Positions 7,026 to 17,030 of a stretch of 42,364 bases of DNA are shown here, piece after piece; within the stretch, counting starts at the first letter, position 1, and every line of letters begins with the position of its first letter. This stretch comes from Candidatus Eiseniibacteriota bacterium (lineage in GTDB: Bacteria > Joyebacterota > Joyebacteria > Joyebacterales > Joyebacteraceae): assembly GCA_030639555.1 (NCBI GenBank), contig DAOWCM010000003.1, forward strand, positions 1-42,364. Reading direction: 5' to 3'. A program made the translations under genes and the position numbers. Under the pieces are notes generated by a model. That model did not search any database. It was not told the origin of the DNA and worked only from the letters and a program-made list of their open reading frames with translations.

Positions 7026-9662
7026 TTATTCATCTGGCGCCGCCAGCTCGAAGACCTTCCGGACCTCCGGGTCGTGCATGGCGTCGTAGATCAGAGCCCT
7101 GAAGGCTGTCTTCCCGTGCTGGTTGAAGGTCTTCTGCGCCTGGAGGAGCTTCTTGTGGGCCCGCGAGGACTCCAGCTTGATCGCCGCGCGGATCACGTCC
7201 CTCATCAGCAGCTTGTCGGGATCCCTCATGAGCTTCCGGGCGACCTTGGCCGCGCCGCGTCCGAGCAGCTCCAGGCCGGCGCCGAGCGCCGCTCCCTTGA
7301 TGCCGCCGCCGAGCGCAAGACCGGCGAGCGCGCCCGTCCGGCCGGCCCCCGCGAGGAAGGCTGACGTCCGCTTCATCCTGAGTGCCGTCAGGGTGGCCTT
7401 GAGCACGCTGCGGGGGAGCTGCAGGACCCCGGCGAGCCGGCTCACCCGCCTGGCCCACTTCTTCGACATCCCCGAGACAGCAGGGGTGAAGATCAGATCC
7501 ATGGCCATGCGGCTCTGGGGCTGGGTGAGCTGGATCTCCTTCCCGCCGACCCTGAGCGTCTTGAGCTGCTCGAGGTTGAGGTAACGCCAGAAGTCGACCG
7601 CGTCGGCGCGTGGGATCATGCCCCCCGTGCCTCCTGATTTGAACGTCGGCTTCCCGAATCCCTCGGCCGCGCGCGAGGCTGTCTGCTCGGCACGTCGCCC
7701 GAGGTCGACGAGTGGCCCGAGCTTCGCCGCCATGGGCCCCAAGGTATCCGGCCGGTCGCCGTACACCCGGCGGGTGTACTCGATGTCCATGATGTCCGCT
7801 TCCTGCTGGAGCTTGTCGAAGCGCAGGTTCGTCTTCGTGCGGCGCATGTTCTCCAGGCTGGCCTCCATGAAGGCTTCCTCGAGATACTCCCGCGTCACCG
7901 GGGGCAGGCCCTCGGCCAGATTGGCCTCGTTGGCCGCGTCGAGCATCTCCTTCGTCACTTGCGTCTTCTTCGCCGCCCGCTGTGGGCGCTCGAGGGGACC
8001 GCGCGTGGGGCCCACGCCCTCGCCACGGTAGCGCTCGCCGCGAATGAACGGGGCCAGCTCGGCGGCACGCCTCATCTCCTCGATATCGAAGGGGGGAGCC
8101 TTGGTGAACGTGCTTGCGTGGCCGCCCTCGAACCCCGCCTCGATCAGCTCGTGCCGACCCGCCTTGGTGATCGCGGTTCGCGCCACCTCGTACTTCCACA
8201 GATTCTCCATGAGTTCTTCGAGGACGACGTCGTCGTCGAAGGCTCCCTTGATCCCGACCTTCCTCGCTGCCTCGCGGTAGACGAAGTCGTCGTCGGCCAT
8301 CCGGCGGCGCAGCAGACGCTTGATTTCCTTTTCCGAGAGGTCGGAGATGTCGAGCTTCCAGACCCTCGCCAGTCTCTGCATCATCACCGTTTGCTGGGCC
8401 TTGGAGATGTCGTTGGCGAGCACGGAGATCAGGTCGTCGAACATCGCCGGGCCCCCTGGGAGATCGGCGAACCCCCCTGGGCCGACCTGCTGCGTGTGTC
8501 CGGTTACCGCCTGGAAGAGCCGCCGAATGCGGGGGGAGGACTGATACGCCTCGTCGATCAGACGAAAAGCCATCTCCATCGGGTTCTTGCCCTCCGCCTG
8601 GGCCATGTGGAGGACTCCGCGGCGGACCTCTGGATACCACTCGTGGACGAGCTTGGCCCGCAGCTCCCGGTTCCCGTAGCCGTAGGTCTGGCGCATCCTG
8701 GCCGGTGTCCCGCCACGGCCCCCGGCCGCGAAGGGGATGGGGTCACTCCCGGGCCAGATACGCACGCGTGGGCGGATGTGCGGCCCCAGACCCCCCGTCG
8801 CCCTGTAGGTCTCCTGTCCCAGCGCTCCGCTCATGCCGGCGATATCCCAGGTTCCACGGAGCGCCGGATCCATACCCTCCTCGATGAGCACGCCCTTCAG
8901 CCCAAACTGGGCGACCTCCGGATCTATGACGCCAGCGATGTCCCAGAGGCCGCGCATCTCCGCCTGGGTGTTCGCGGGGATCGCGTGGAGGACCTCCATC
9001 CGCTCCACCGTCAGCCGCCCGCCTCGGAACTTCCGCCAGTTGCGCCCGACCATCTTGAGGGCGCCCATGCCCGCGAGCCCCAGGGTCTCGCTGGCCGCGC
9101 CGAAGGCCGCCTCGTAGGCCGCGTCGGCGATCGTCTCCCTCATACCGGGATCCAGGCCACTGGCCTTCCCTATGCCCGTCCTGGCCAGCTGTGAGGCTCC
9201 TCCGCCCAACCCGGCACCCAGGATGGCGCCGCCGACCGCGCCCGGGGGACCACCGAGTCCGAAACCGATCGCTCCTCCCTTGACCGCGCCGTAGGTTTCC
9301 GCCGCGATCGAGCCGACGTCGCCGGCGATGTCTGAGGTGATGTCCGCGAGCTCCCAGGTCGAGGGCGAGAAGAACTTGTGCTCGGGGTCGAGGACCATCC
9401 ACTCCTTGCCAGGCTCACGCACCGAGTAGTTCATGCCGCCCTGGTGGACGACCTCGAGGCCCTGCTCTTCGAGCTTCCGCGCACCCGCCTGGCCGCCGCC
9501 GCCCATGCCCATGATCTGGAAGCGCGTGGCGTCCGAGATCGCCGGGTGCTGCTCCTGGATCGGGAAGGCCGGATCGATCCCAAGCTCCGGGTCATCGCCT
9601 GGAACGAAGCCGTAGGTCTCGCCGCCCGGAGGGTCAGGCTTGAAACCATAGTCCTGCGCCAT
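7026..9662 (-). CDS. Large internal virion / DNA ejection protein (878 aa)
   Basis: Last of four G/A-rich helical ORFs after the nozzle gene, with Gly-rich hydrophobic segments (GGAIGFGLGGPPGAVGGAILGAGLGG). The call rests on position and composition. Confidence 0.6.
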   Translation of the reverse strand: MAQDYGFKPDPPGGETYGFVPGDDPELGIDPAFPIQEQHPAISDATRFQIMGMGGGGQAGARKLEEQGLEVVHQGGMNYSVREPGKEWMVLDPEHKFFSPSTWELADITSDIAGDVGSIAAETYGAVKGGAIGFGLGGPPGAVGGAILGAGLGGGASQLARTGIGKASGLDPGMRETIADAAYEAAFGAASETLGLAGMGALKMVGRNWRKFRGGRLTVERMEVLHAIPANTQAEMRGLWDIAGVIDPEVAQFGLKGVLIEEGMDPALRGTWDIAGMSGALGQETYRATGGLGPHIRPRVRIWPGSDPIPFAAGGRGGTPARMRQTYGYGNRELRAKLVHEWYPEVRRGVLHMAQAEGKNPMEMAFRLIDEAYQSSPRIRRLFQAVTGHTQQVGPGGFADLPGGPAMFDDLISVLANDISKAQQTVMMQRLARVWKLDISDLSEKEIKRLLRRRMADDDFVYREAARKVGIKGAFDDDVVLEELMENLWKYEVARTAITKAGRHELIEAGFEGGHASTFTKAPPFDIEEMRRAAELAPFIRGERYRGEGVGPTRGPLERPQRAAKKTQVTKEMLDAANEANLAEGLPPVTREYLEEAFMEASLENMRRTKTNLRFDKLQQEADIMDIEYTRRVYGDRPDTLGPMAAKLGPLVDLGRRAEQTASRAAEGFGKPTFKSGGTGGMIPRADAVDFWRYLNLEQLKTLRVGGKEIQLTQPQSRMAMDLIFTPAVSGMSKKWARRVSRLAGVLQLPRSVLKATLTALRMKRTSAFLAGAGRTGALAGLALGGGIKGAALGAGLELLGRGAAKVARKLMRDPDKLLMRDVIRAAIKLESSRAHKKLLQAQKTFNQHGKTAFRALIYDAMHDPEVRKVFELAAPDE

Positions 9663-11128
9663 CAGGGACCTCCGATCTTCCTGTATCGGGGTGTCTTCCC
9701 GGCCTGCGCCGCGTCTTGGAGCATGGTGTTGAACTGCGTCATCGTCATGCTGCCGGGCTTGCCGGTGGTCGTGTCGATCACCCGCACGCTCTCCTCCGGC
9801 TCGATCACGTTGTAAGCGTCCTTCTTGATCCGTTCAGCCGGGATGCCGCTGAGGCCCTCGAACCCCTCGGCCCACTCGTCCGCGAGCTTGGACAGCTCGA
9901 TGTCCTTGATCCGCTTCATCTCTGTCGCCACGCGGGTGTACTCGTCCTTCAGCCGGTCGCTCATCTTGCCGGGGACCTTCTTCACCGCGTAGTCCCACCA
10001 GCTCTGAACGAGTCCCTGGCTCTCCAGGACACCCTTGATGTCCTGCTCGCTGTACCGCTCCTCGCCCGAGGCCGCCAGCAGCATACGCGCCGCCATCTGG
10101 TGAGAGATCGTTCCCTCCACCTGGATCATACTGAGCAGACCGTTAGCCGCGTCGGAGGCTTCCTGCAGCTTCCTGATCCTCACGTTGCTCTTCCACTCGC
10201 GCCGCTCGCCGATGAGCGACTTGCGCTGGTCGTCGGTCAGGCCGCCGTAGGTCCCCTGCACATTCTTCGCCTCGATCTGCTCGAGCGCCTGCGTTCCCTT
10301 GAGCCCCTGCAGAGCCATCGCGTCCTCCGCGCCGATCCCCCCGAGTTCTTTCTTCGCCAGGAAGTCGGTGTAGCTCTTGGCAGCCTGCCCTTTCGGCTTG
10401 CCTGGGCCCACGCCCTTTGCCGTGCGGTGGAGGATGTCACCAGCTGTCACCACCTCCATGCCGCCAAGGCCCTCGCCCAGCGCCTGCATCGCGTAGAGCT
10501 TCTCAAGCTCCCCCGACGCCCGCCCGCGCGAGAGGTCCCCCGCCTTCTCTGGAGCAGCGGGCAGCTCGCCTGCCTCTTCCTCCAGACCAGGAAACCGCAG
10601 ACGACCACCAGAGTACCCGCCCTGCTCGTCCGCCGGCGGCGCTCCCAAGCGTGAGTCGGGCGTCGGTGGCGGGAGTGGCGCGTCTGGCCAGCCGCCAGAC
10701 GGGGGCTGAGGGGCACGAAACGGGAGCGAGCCGGGGTAGGAGTCCTGGCCCATGTCCTGGTTCGCGAAGCCCTGATAGTTCATCAGATCGCGGAGGGATT
10801 CGATGAAACCAGGCTCTGGCGGAGCCGCCGGTCCCGTCGGCGTGCCCTGCGGGCTCGGAGGCGGAGGCTGACCGCCCGTCTGAATCATTCGTCCGCCAAG
10901 GAGATCGACGTTGGGAGGCGTAGGAGGCGTCGGAGCCTGCGGCCCCATCGGCTCAGGCACAGGCAGACCACCTCCCGGTTCCCCCTGGGGGAAGCGCATT
11001 GGAAGTGATCCCGGGTAGCTGTCCTGCCCCATGTCTGGTGCCGGCGTCTTGAGCCGTTCCATCTCGGCCTGCTGACTCTTGATCAGGTCCAGGAGGATAT
11101 CCAACTCTTGCTTGTCAACGAGTCCCAT
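9662..11128 (-). CDS. Internal virion / ejection protein with Pro-rich N-half
   Basis: Position, TGATG/TAATG coupling, Pro-rich disordered N-terminus and a helical C-terminus. Confidence 0.55.
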   Translation of the reverse strand: MGLVDKQELDILLDLIKSQQAEMERLKTPAPDMGQDSYPGSLPMRFPQGEPGGGLPVPEPMGPQAPTPPTPPNVDLLGGRMIQTGGQPPPPSPQGTPTGPAAPPEPGFIESLRDLMNYQGFANQDMGQDSYPGSLPFRAPQPPSGGWPDAPLPPPTPDSRLGAPPADEQGGYSGGRLRFPGLEEEAGELPAAPEKAGDLSRGRASGELEKLYAMQALGEGLGGMEVVTAGDILHRTAKGVGPGKPKGQAAKSYTDFLAKKELGGIGAEDAMALQGLKGTQALEQIEAKNVQGTYGGLTDDQRKSLIGERREWKSNVRIRKLQEASDAANGLLSMIQVEGTISHQMAARMLLAASGEERYSEQDIKGVLESQGLVQSWWDYAVKKVPGKMSDRLKDEYTRVATEMKRIKDIELSKLADEWAEGFEGLSGIPAERIKKDAYNVIEPEESVRVIDTTTGKPGSMTMTQFNTMLQDAAQAGKTPRYRKIGGP

Positions 11129-12099
11129 TAGAATTGGCTCCCGATTGCTCCGCCGTAGAGGCTACCGATGCCCCCGCCGATGTTCTCGTACGTCTTCTGC
11201 TTCGCCGCCTGCTTCGCGTACGCTCCCTCGGAGAGGCGCTGGAACGCACCCGCCATGCCCGCCGCCTGCTGCAGCTCGTCCTGATACGACTGGCCGCGCA
11301 GCTGGTTCTGGTACGCCTGGTTGTACTGCGCGTTCTGGTACGCGAGCATCTGGTTCTGCCCGGCGAGCTGCTGCGGCTGCTGCACGTTGTACTGCTGCAC
11401 GCGCTGCCGCTCGGCCGCGTTACCCATGTTCGCCTGCTGCTGCTGCATCGCCGCGAACTGCTTGAACCGATTCATGGCCTCGGCGTTGATGTTCTGGGTG
11501 TTGACGTCCTGTCCACGCACGGCGCCCGCCGCCGACCCGTACATGCTGAGAGCCTGCAGCCGACGCTGCAGTGCCTCGCGCTGGAGGTCCACGTTCATTC
11601 CACGACCCAGCTCGGAGGCGAGGCGACCACCTACCGCCCGCGCGGAGATCTCGCCGCCGCCGCCGAGCCGGCCACGCCTGCGGAGACCCTGGATCTGCGT
11701 CTCTTCACCACTTCTAAGGGCACCACGCATTGCCCGCGCACCCTCCTCGGCCGCGAGCCGATCCGCTTCCGGCAGGCCCTCTTCTGAAATCTCTTTCAGC
11801 CCCGCGAGAGACTGTAGCTGCTGGGCACGAACCGCCGGGGAGTCAGCGACCTGTGACGCCTCGCCGGGCAGAGCTGCCTCCCACTGCTCCTCGCTCATGA
11901 GACCCGTCAACGGAATGTTCGCGGCGGTCAGATCCTTGATCACGTAGTCCGGGAGGTTGAGATCCTTGTAGAGCTCCAGGATGTCCTTGTCGTACCGCTT
12001 GCCGCCGCGCCCCTTGTCGAGGAGCCCGAGCAGCGCGCCGATACCCTGGCCGCCACCTTGCCCGACGTTGCTGCCGCCGATCAGTCCCGCAAGTCCCAT
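11128..12099 (-). CDS. Gln/Ala/Gly-rich ejection (pilot-like) protein
   Basis: Gly-rich termini and Q/N-rich helical repeats, as in podovirus DNA-transfer proteins; AGGAG RBS. Confidence 0.6.
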   Translation of the reverse strand: MGLAGLIGGSNVGQGGGQGIGALLGLLDKGRGGKRYDKDILELYKDLNLPDYVIKDLTAANIPLTGLMSEEQWEAALPGEASQVADSPAVRAQQLQSLAGLKEISEEGLPEADRLAAEEGARAMRGALRSGEETQIQGLRRRGRLGGGGEISARAVGGRLASELGRGMNVDLQREALQRRLQALSMYGSAAGAVRGQDVNTQNINAEAMNRFKQFAAMQQQQANMGNAAERQRVQQYNVQQPQQLAGQNQMLAYQNAQYNQAYQNQLRGQSYQDELQQAAGMAGAFQRLSEGAYAKQAAKQKTYENIGGGIGSLYGGAIGSQF

Positions 12100-12108
12100 G
12101 TTCAGCTC

Positions 12109-13839
12109 CTATCGCTTCGCCAGCAGCTTGCCGATCTTGCCGTAGGCTTTGTACTTCTTCCAGGCCTTCTTGTTACGGTAGGCCTTTCGCGCTTTCTTCA
12201 CCATCCCGAACCACTCCTTGCCCTCCTTCGAGAGCGTGTCGCCCTGTTTCTCGAGCCCCGCGATCTCGTCCTCGATGTAGCCTTCGAGGTTGGCCGTGAT
12301 CATGGCGAACTTCCAGGGGTTCTCTTTGTCCTCCGACATGCGGTCGAGATTGCCGATCAGCGTCTGGATCCGATTGTACTGATCACGCTGTTGGTCGCTC
12401 GAGACGTTCTCCCTCGAGGGCCGGAAGCCTGGCTCGAAGCCCAGGTAGCTGGCGATCTCCGGCCCCTGGAACTCCTCTCCGAAGTAGAGCGGGTTCGTGA
12501 GCTGCTGTCCGGTGGGCGCTCCGAAGTAGTCGCCCGAGGTCTTCCCGCCAGGGAAGGAGACTCCACGCTGAGAGCCGAACGCCTCCTCGAGGGCACCCTG
12601 GCGCTCCTTGAACAGTTGCGCCAGCTCTGTCTTCCCGAGCACGGTGCGGAAGTCCACCAGGTTCCCCTGCGCGTCGGGGATCATGTAGGTCTGCCGACCG
12701 TGGGAGCCGATACCGAGCTGGCCCTGCGGGACGTCCTTGAGGTCCGCGTACTTCGCGTCGCCCATGATCGCGGCCGTGTTCGCCTCGGCCCCCTGGCTGG
12801 CCTGGAATGCCTCCGTCGAGAAGCCCCCGGCCAGGTCCTCGCCGCCGGTGAAGCCGCTCTCCTGGGCCTTGCGGAGGGCCTCTATCATGGCCGCCGGGTC
12901 CTCGGTGTCGAGGGCACCGCTGAAGGCCTGGGACGCACCCTGCTGCTGCGCCAGGATATCCTGGATCTGCTGTTCGATGTTGCCGGTGATCCCCTCGCCG
13001 CGAGTGGTCAGGTAGTCGGTGGACTTCGCGGCTATGTCTGCCTCCTGGGCCGCGCGCTGCGCGGCGAAGTCCGCGGCGGCCTGCGTCTCGGTGCCCAGCT
13101 CGCCGGCGAACTGTCCGACGGGAGCCAGGTCCGTGGCGAGGGCTGCCCGGTACGCCGGGTCGAACATGGCCTCGGCCTCGAAGCGTGCCTCCCCTGGGGT
13201 CAAGGTCTGCACCGTCTGTCCGATCGACGAGGTCAGGCCGGCGCCCGTGCCGAGCGCCTTCTCTCGCGTCTCGAGCTGGCCCTGGAGGAACCCGAGGCCA
13301 GCGACCCCCGTCGGGTCGAGCCCTGCAGGGCCCTGGTACTGAGCGTTCACGAGGTCGAAGGCCGGCTCGAGGGGCGCACCCTCGACGGCTCCGGAGAGCG
13401 TGCCCTCTGCTCCGATCCCCTCGTAGGTGCGTGCCGGTCCAGCCGCCGAGCGGAACTGATCCGCGAAGCTCATGACGTCAGCCGAGCCGGCCTGCGCCGC
13501 GCCGGCCACGGGGTCGACGAGCTGCCCGTAGAGCCCGCCGCCGCCGGTCTTCCCGGGGTCGCCGTATCCCAGTGTCGGCGGGGTGTAGGTCTCCGCAGCT
13601 GGCGGGGCTGCCGGGACTGTCGGCGCCGCCGGTGGCGCGGCTGGCGGGGGTGGTGCCGCCGGCGTCGTCGGAGCTGCGGCCTCGCCGACACCCGTCGCCG
13701 GAGCAGTAGCGCCGCCGCCGCCTGGCGCACCGAAGTCCTCGGCGATGGTGGTCGCCGGGGGGCCGCCGAGGCCGGTGAGGAAGTAGTTCTTCGACTGCTC
13801 GAAGTCCGGGAAGTTGATTCGGTTGCTCAGGAAAGCCAT
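12109..13839 (-). CDS. Probable internal virion protein (576 aa)
   Basis: Ala/Pro-rich N-terminus and basic C-terminus; lies between tail and ejection genes. Confidence 0.5.
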   Translation of the reverse strand: MAFLSNRINFPDFEQSKNYFLTGLGGPPATTIAEDFGAPGGGGATAPATGVGEAAAPTTPAAPPPPAAPPAAPTVPAAPPAAETYTPPTLGYGDPGKTGGGGLYGQLVDPVAGAAQAGSADVMSFADQFRSAAGPARTYEGIGAEGTLSGAVEGAPLEPAFDLVNAQYQGPAGLDPTGVAGLGFLQGQLETREKALGTGAGLTSSIGQTVQTLTPGEARFEAEAMFDPAYRAALATDLAPVGQFAGELGTETQAAADFAAQRAAQEADIAAKSTDYLTTRGEGITGNIEQQIQDILAQQQGASQAFSGALDTEDPAAMIEALRKAQESGFTGGEDLAGGFSTEAFQASQGAEANTAAIMGDAKYADLKDVPQGQLGIGSHGRQTYMIPDAQGNLVDFRTVLGKTELAQLFKERQGALEEAFGSQRGVSFPGGKTSGDYFGAPTGQQLTNPLYFGEEFQGPEIASYLGFEPGFRPSRENVSSDQQRDQYNRIQTLIGNLDRMSEDKENPWKFAMITANLEGYIEDEIAGLEKQGDTLSKEGKEWFGMVKKARKAYRNKKAWKKYKAYGKIGKLLAKR

Positions 13840-14267
13840 CAGTCTCCCTCAATCACGATTTCGACGTCGATAGCTACGGTGGGAGCCACGAGCCACCACA
13901 CCACCACCTGGATCTCACCCTTACCCGTCGTCGCCCAGTCCAGAGCACGCGGCATCAGGAAGGGGCCCTTGGGGAACGTCTGCCGGATCCGCACCTCCTT
14001 CACCGCGCCGCTGACCGTCGGCTTGATACGCTTGGGAACGAGCTGCTCGAAGGCGACGGTCCGCACGTCCGAGTTGCTGTTGTCCCCCACGGTCAGCCGG
14101 TGGCTGAGAGCCTGAGTGATGAACTCGACCTGGCGAGACATGCGCTCGATGAGCGGACGTAGGTTCGCGTTCGCCTGGACGCCCGTGGCCTCTGCCACCT
14201 CGTTGAGGAACGTCTGCAGCTGCTCCACGTTCTGCGGGTCATCTCTCTCGTAGTCGGGAACCTTCAA
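13839..14267 (-). CDS. Small tail-associated protein (142 aa)
   Basis: Only the 3' part of the listed 517-aa ORF looks real. The TTG start at 14267 overlaps the nozzle stop (TTGA) and has a GAGGA RBS. Confidence 0.6.
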   Translation of the reverse strand: MKVPDYERDDPQNVEQLQTFLNEVAEATGVQANANLRPLIERMSRQVEFITQALSHRLTVGDNSNSDVRTVAFEQLVPKRIKPTVSGAVKEVRIRQTFPKGPFLMPRALDWATTGKGEIQVVVWWLVAPTVAIDVEIVIEGD

Positions 14268-16861
14268 CGCGGCGTCCTCACTGTACGCTCCGAGACGACG
14301 CGCGCCTGGATAGCCATCTGGTTGATAATGAACGACGCTCTCGCCTCCTGGTGACGGTAGCGCACGGTGAGTCCGCGGCACCTCTGGAAGTCCCTGGGAA
14401 CCGCAGTGCGCACGATCGTTGACGGCCGCACGCCTTCGTCTCCCCACGGAGGAGTGCCGAAGCTGCCGATCCCCCAACCGAAGCCGTCGGTGAAGATCGA
14501 CGCGGCAGTGAATTCCTCGCCGCCAAGCAGATCGGTCGAGAATCCGATCCGGTGGCGGACACCCCTGTCCTCGTTGAAGTAGATCTGTGCGCGCGAGAAC
14601 TGCTTCTGGATCGAGACGTCGCCCATGGACTCGTCGGACCACGCGACCTCGCTCGGGATGTGGATCTCCACCGTCGCCGCTGCCACGACAAACGCGGTCT
14701 CGAGACGGTCGAGCGTCAGGCGGAACGTCGTCGGCGTGAGTTCCTCGACAGCGAAGACCCGGCCCTGAGCTGGGGACGCCACCTGGAGCACGAAGAAGCC
14801 CTCGGCCATCTCGACGGTCGTGTACGTGTACGTCACGTCGAGGGTGGTGACGGTCGCGTCGGGGTCGTCGATCCCTGCTGCCGTACCGATCGCGTCGATC
14901 GTGATGTCGATCTCCTCGTCGGAGAAGTCGAGCTGGTTCGTCGGGTCGTTGCTCTTGCGCTCCTTGATAACGAAGTCGTCGATAGCGTGCGCCAGGTACA
15001 TGCGGTCGCCTTCCTTCAGCACCCAGCCGTCGGTCACGCTCCGCACCCTCTGCACCCAGGAGTCGGTGATGAAGTTGTTGATCCAGATCACCGTCGGGAA
15101 CGTGTCGGTCGACACCGACGGAGTGGCCAGCCAATACTGACGCTCCTCCTCGTAGCTGATCCCGAAGACCTGATCCTCGAAGCCGGGGATCTCCAGGATC
15201 TTGTTGAGCTCGAACTCGATCGGCCGCGAGACGATCGCCACACCGTTCTCCGTGATCCGCACGACGCCCTGGCTGGTGAAGGCGTACACCGCGTTGTTCA
15301 GGACGACGGCACTTTCCGCAGCACGGATGCGCGTGGAGGGATCCAGGAGCCTGAGCTGGAAGTCCTGCGCGGTGTCGCCAGAGATTCTCCACACGCTCCG
15401 CTCGGTCAGGACGATGAGGGAGTCTCGGATGTTGAGGATTCGGACGACTTCGTTTCGGGCAGAGTCAACGTCAAAGAAATTCGTACGCGGTACGCTGTCG
15501 GGCTGCTCGAACTTGCTGAATGAAATTCGATTCGGGAAATCTGCCTCAGCAATTGTTGAGACAGTCGACCCAGCAGTTGGGAGAACGGGCTCGAAGTTTC
15601 CTCCAGCCCCACCCGAAGGTTGCGTGAGATCGATTGCCGTGTCCGTGTAATCTCGTCGTCGTATACGCACCTTTCCTGGGGCATCTTCAGCACCCGAAAT
15701 GTAGAAGGCGTAGAAGAGGGAGTTGGTCGAGTCACGATTGATCACCCTGACGAGGGACTGCATCGTGTCCCGCACATTCTCCGCGAGCGTGCCGGCGGTG
15801 AAGCGCTGGAACTCCAGCAGCCCAATGTTCTCGGCAACCTCGAAGGTGTACACGAGCGTCGTCGACCCGTCGGTGAAGCTCAGGGTGTCCACACCGTCCG
15901 TGATCCCGGCGATGTCGAGGAACCGCAGCTCGAGGAAGTGTTCGCGGCGCCCATGCACGATCCAGAAGTGGCCCTTGAAGAGAGCCATGTCACGCGCGAG
16001 CGGGATCTCCGAGTCCTCCTGGTCAGGCCCGTCGACCTCCGGGTTCGTGACGAGCTGCGTGCCGAAGTCGAGGAAGGCCTCGTCGGTGCCGTCGGTGAAC
16101 GTGATCACTCCGGCAGCCACCTCGCCGCCGGTGACCTCGCGGCGGAAGACCTTGAAGTAGGTGTCACCCGTGGGGCCAGGGTTGGCGATGTGGAGCGTAC
16201 GCCAGAGATCGATGAGGTCGCCCGCGATAATGTCGTCGGGCAGCGTCACGTCGAGGGTGATGTCGACGGTCGGCCCCGAAGCCTTCGCGACGATCAGTGG
16301 CTCGGAGTCGGCGCCGGCAATCTCCTGGCCGTTCTCATCGATGCGCGCCCAGGAGTTCCGGTACGACAGCTGGCGACCTCCGGGCAGCACCACGCCGGCG
16401 GGGACCTCCGTCGGGTCCATGTCGAGACCCTTGGGCATACCCGCGTCCCTGATCGCCCCGATCGAGGGGAAGAGACGCGAGAGCCGCTTCACTCCGGTGT
16501 CCGTCGTCCAGTAGAGAGCGAAGGGGATCGCCTCGCGGAAGCGGATCTTGACCGCGCCGTCCGGCTTGGTGAAGGAGCCCGCGAAGGCCACGAAGGCGCC
16601 CGCCCCGTCGGAGTCGTACAGGATTGACGTCCCGTCGGTCTTCAACAGGGTGTCGTTGAACTCCCCGAACTTCCCACCGGGCAGAGTCTGGACGAGGCCA
16701 TAGCGGTCGAACCCGCGCGCCTTCGCGACGACTCCATCCCGATCGATCAGGATGTTCTCAGCCCTCGACAGGGCCCCCTCCGGGAGGTGGCTCTGGTTCG
16801 CTGTCAGGTGCAGGCCCCGGGCTATCCGGGACAGCTGCTGTGTCTGTGAGCTCTTCGCCAA
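14264..16861 (-). CDS. Tail nozzle / stabilisation protein (P22 gp10 / T7 gp12-like)
   Basis: 865-aa beta-rich protein with N-terminal GL...LPEGALSRAENILIDRDGVVAKARG, propeller-like repeats (RISFSKFEQPDS, LIVLTERSVWRISG) and a C-terminal GWG..FGTPPWG. Confidence 0.75.
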   Translation of the reverse strand: MAKSSQTQQLSRIARGLHLTANQSHLPEGALSRAENILIDRDGVVAKARGFDRYGLVQTLPGGKFGEFNDTLLKTDGTSILYDSDGAGAFVAFAGSFTKPDGAVKIRFREAIPFALYWTTDTGVKRLSRLFPSIGAIRDAGMPKGLDMDPTEVPAGVVLPGGRQLSYRNSWARIDENGQEIAGADSEPLIVAKASGPTVDITLDVTLPDDIIAGDLIDLWRTLHIANPGPTGDTYFKVFRREVTGGEVAAGVITFTDGTDEAFLDFGTQLVTNPEVDGPDQEDSEIPLARDMALFKGHFWIVHGRREHFLELRFLDIAGITDGVDTLSFTDGSTTLVYTFEVAENIGLLEFQRFTAGTLAENVRDTMQSLVRVINRDSTNSLFYAFYISGAEDAPGKVRIRRRDYTDTAIDLTQPSGGAGGNFEPVLPTAGSTVSTIAEADFPNRISFSKFEQPDSVPRTNFFDVDSARNEVVRILNIRDSLIVLTERSVWRISGDTAQDFQLRLLDPSTRIRAAESAVVLNNAVYAFTSQGVVRITENGVAIVSRPIEFELNKILEIPGFEDQVFGISYEEERQYWLATPSVSTDTFPTVIWINNFITDSWVQRVRSVTDGWVLKEGDRMYLAHAIDDFVIKERKSNDPTNQLDFSDEEIDITIDAIGTAAGIDDPDATVTTLDVTYTYTTVEMAEGFFVLQVASPAQGRVFAVEELTPTTFRLTLDRLETAFVVAAATVEIHIPSEVAWSDESMGDVSIQKQFSRAQIYFNEDRGVRHRIGFSTDLLGGEEFTAASIFTDGFGWGIGSFGTPPWGDEGVRPSTIVRTAVPRDFQRCRGLTVRYRHQEARASFIINQMAIQARVVSERTVRTPR

Positions 16862-17030
16862 TGTCTTCGTCCGGTTCCGGTACGGTGAGGGTCAGATAGA
16901 CAGGGATTCCGCCGCCGAATGCATCTGCGTCGACAGGCACCTCGAGCACCTGGGCGACGTCGCGTACTCCGCGCAACCACGCCTGGTATTCGCCAGGCGA
17001 ACGATATGGGACTGCCAGCTGTAAGTTCAC
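16758..17030 (-). CDS. Small hypothetical protein overlapping the nozzle 5' end
   Basis: GTGA coupling to the adaptor stop and GGAGG RBS; the last 104 nt overlap the nozzle gene. Confidence 0.5.
   Translation of the reverse strand: MNLQLAVPYRSPGEYQAWLRGVRDVAQVLEVPVDADAFGGGIPVYLTLTVPEPDEDIGEELTDTAAVPDSPGPAPDSEPEPPPGGGPVEG

Noticed and set aside
12058-14115. Long antisense ORFs (e.g. 12058-14115, 26703-28496, 36208-38469, 2818-3894, 24068-25288)
   Set aside because: These are shadow frames of GC-rich genes on the opposite strand, with no motifs or RBS.
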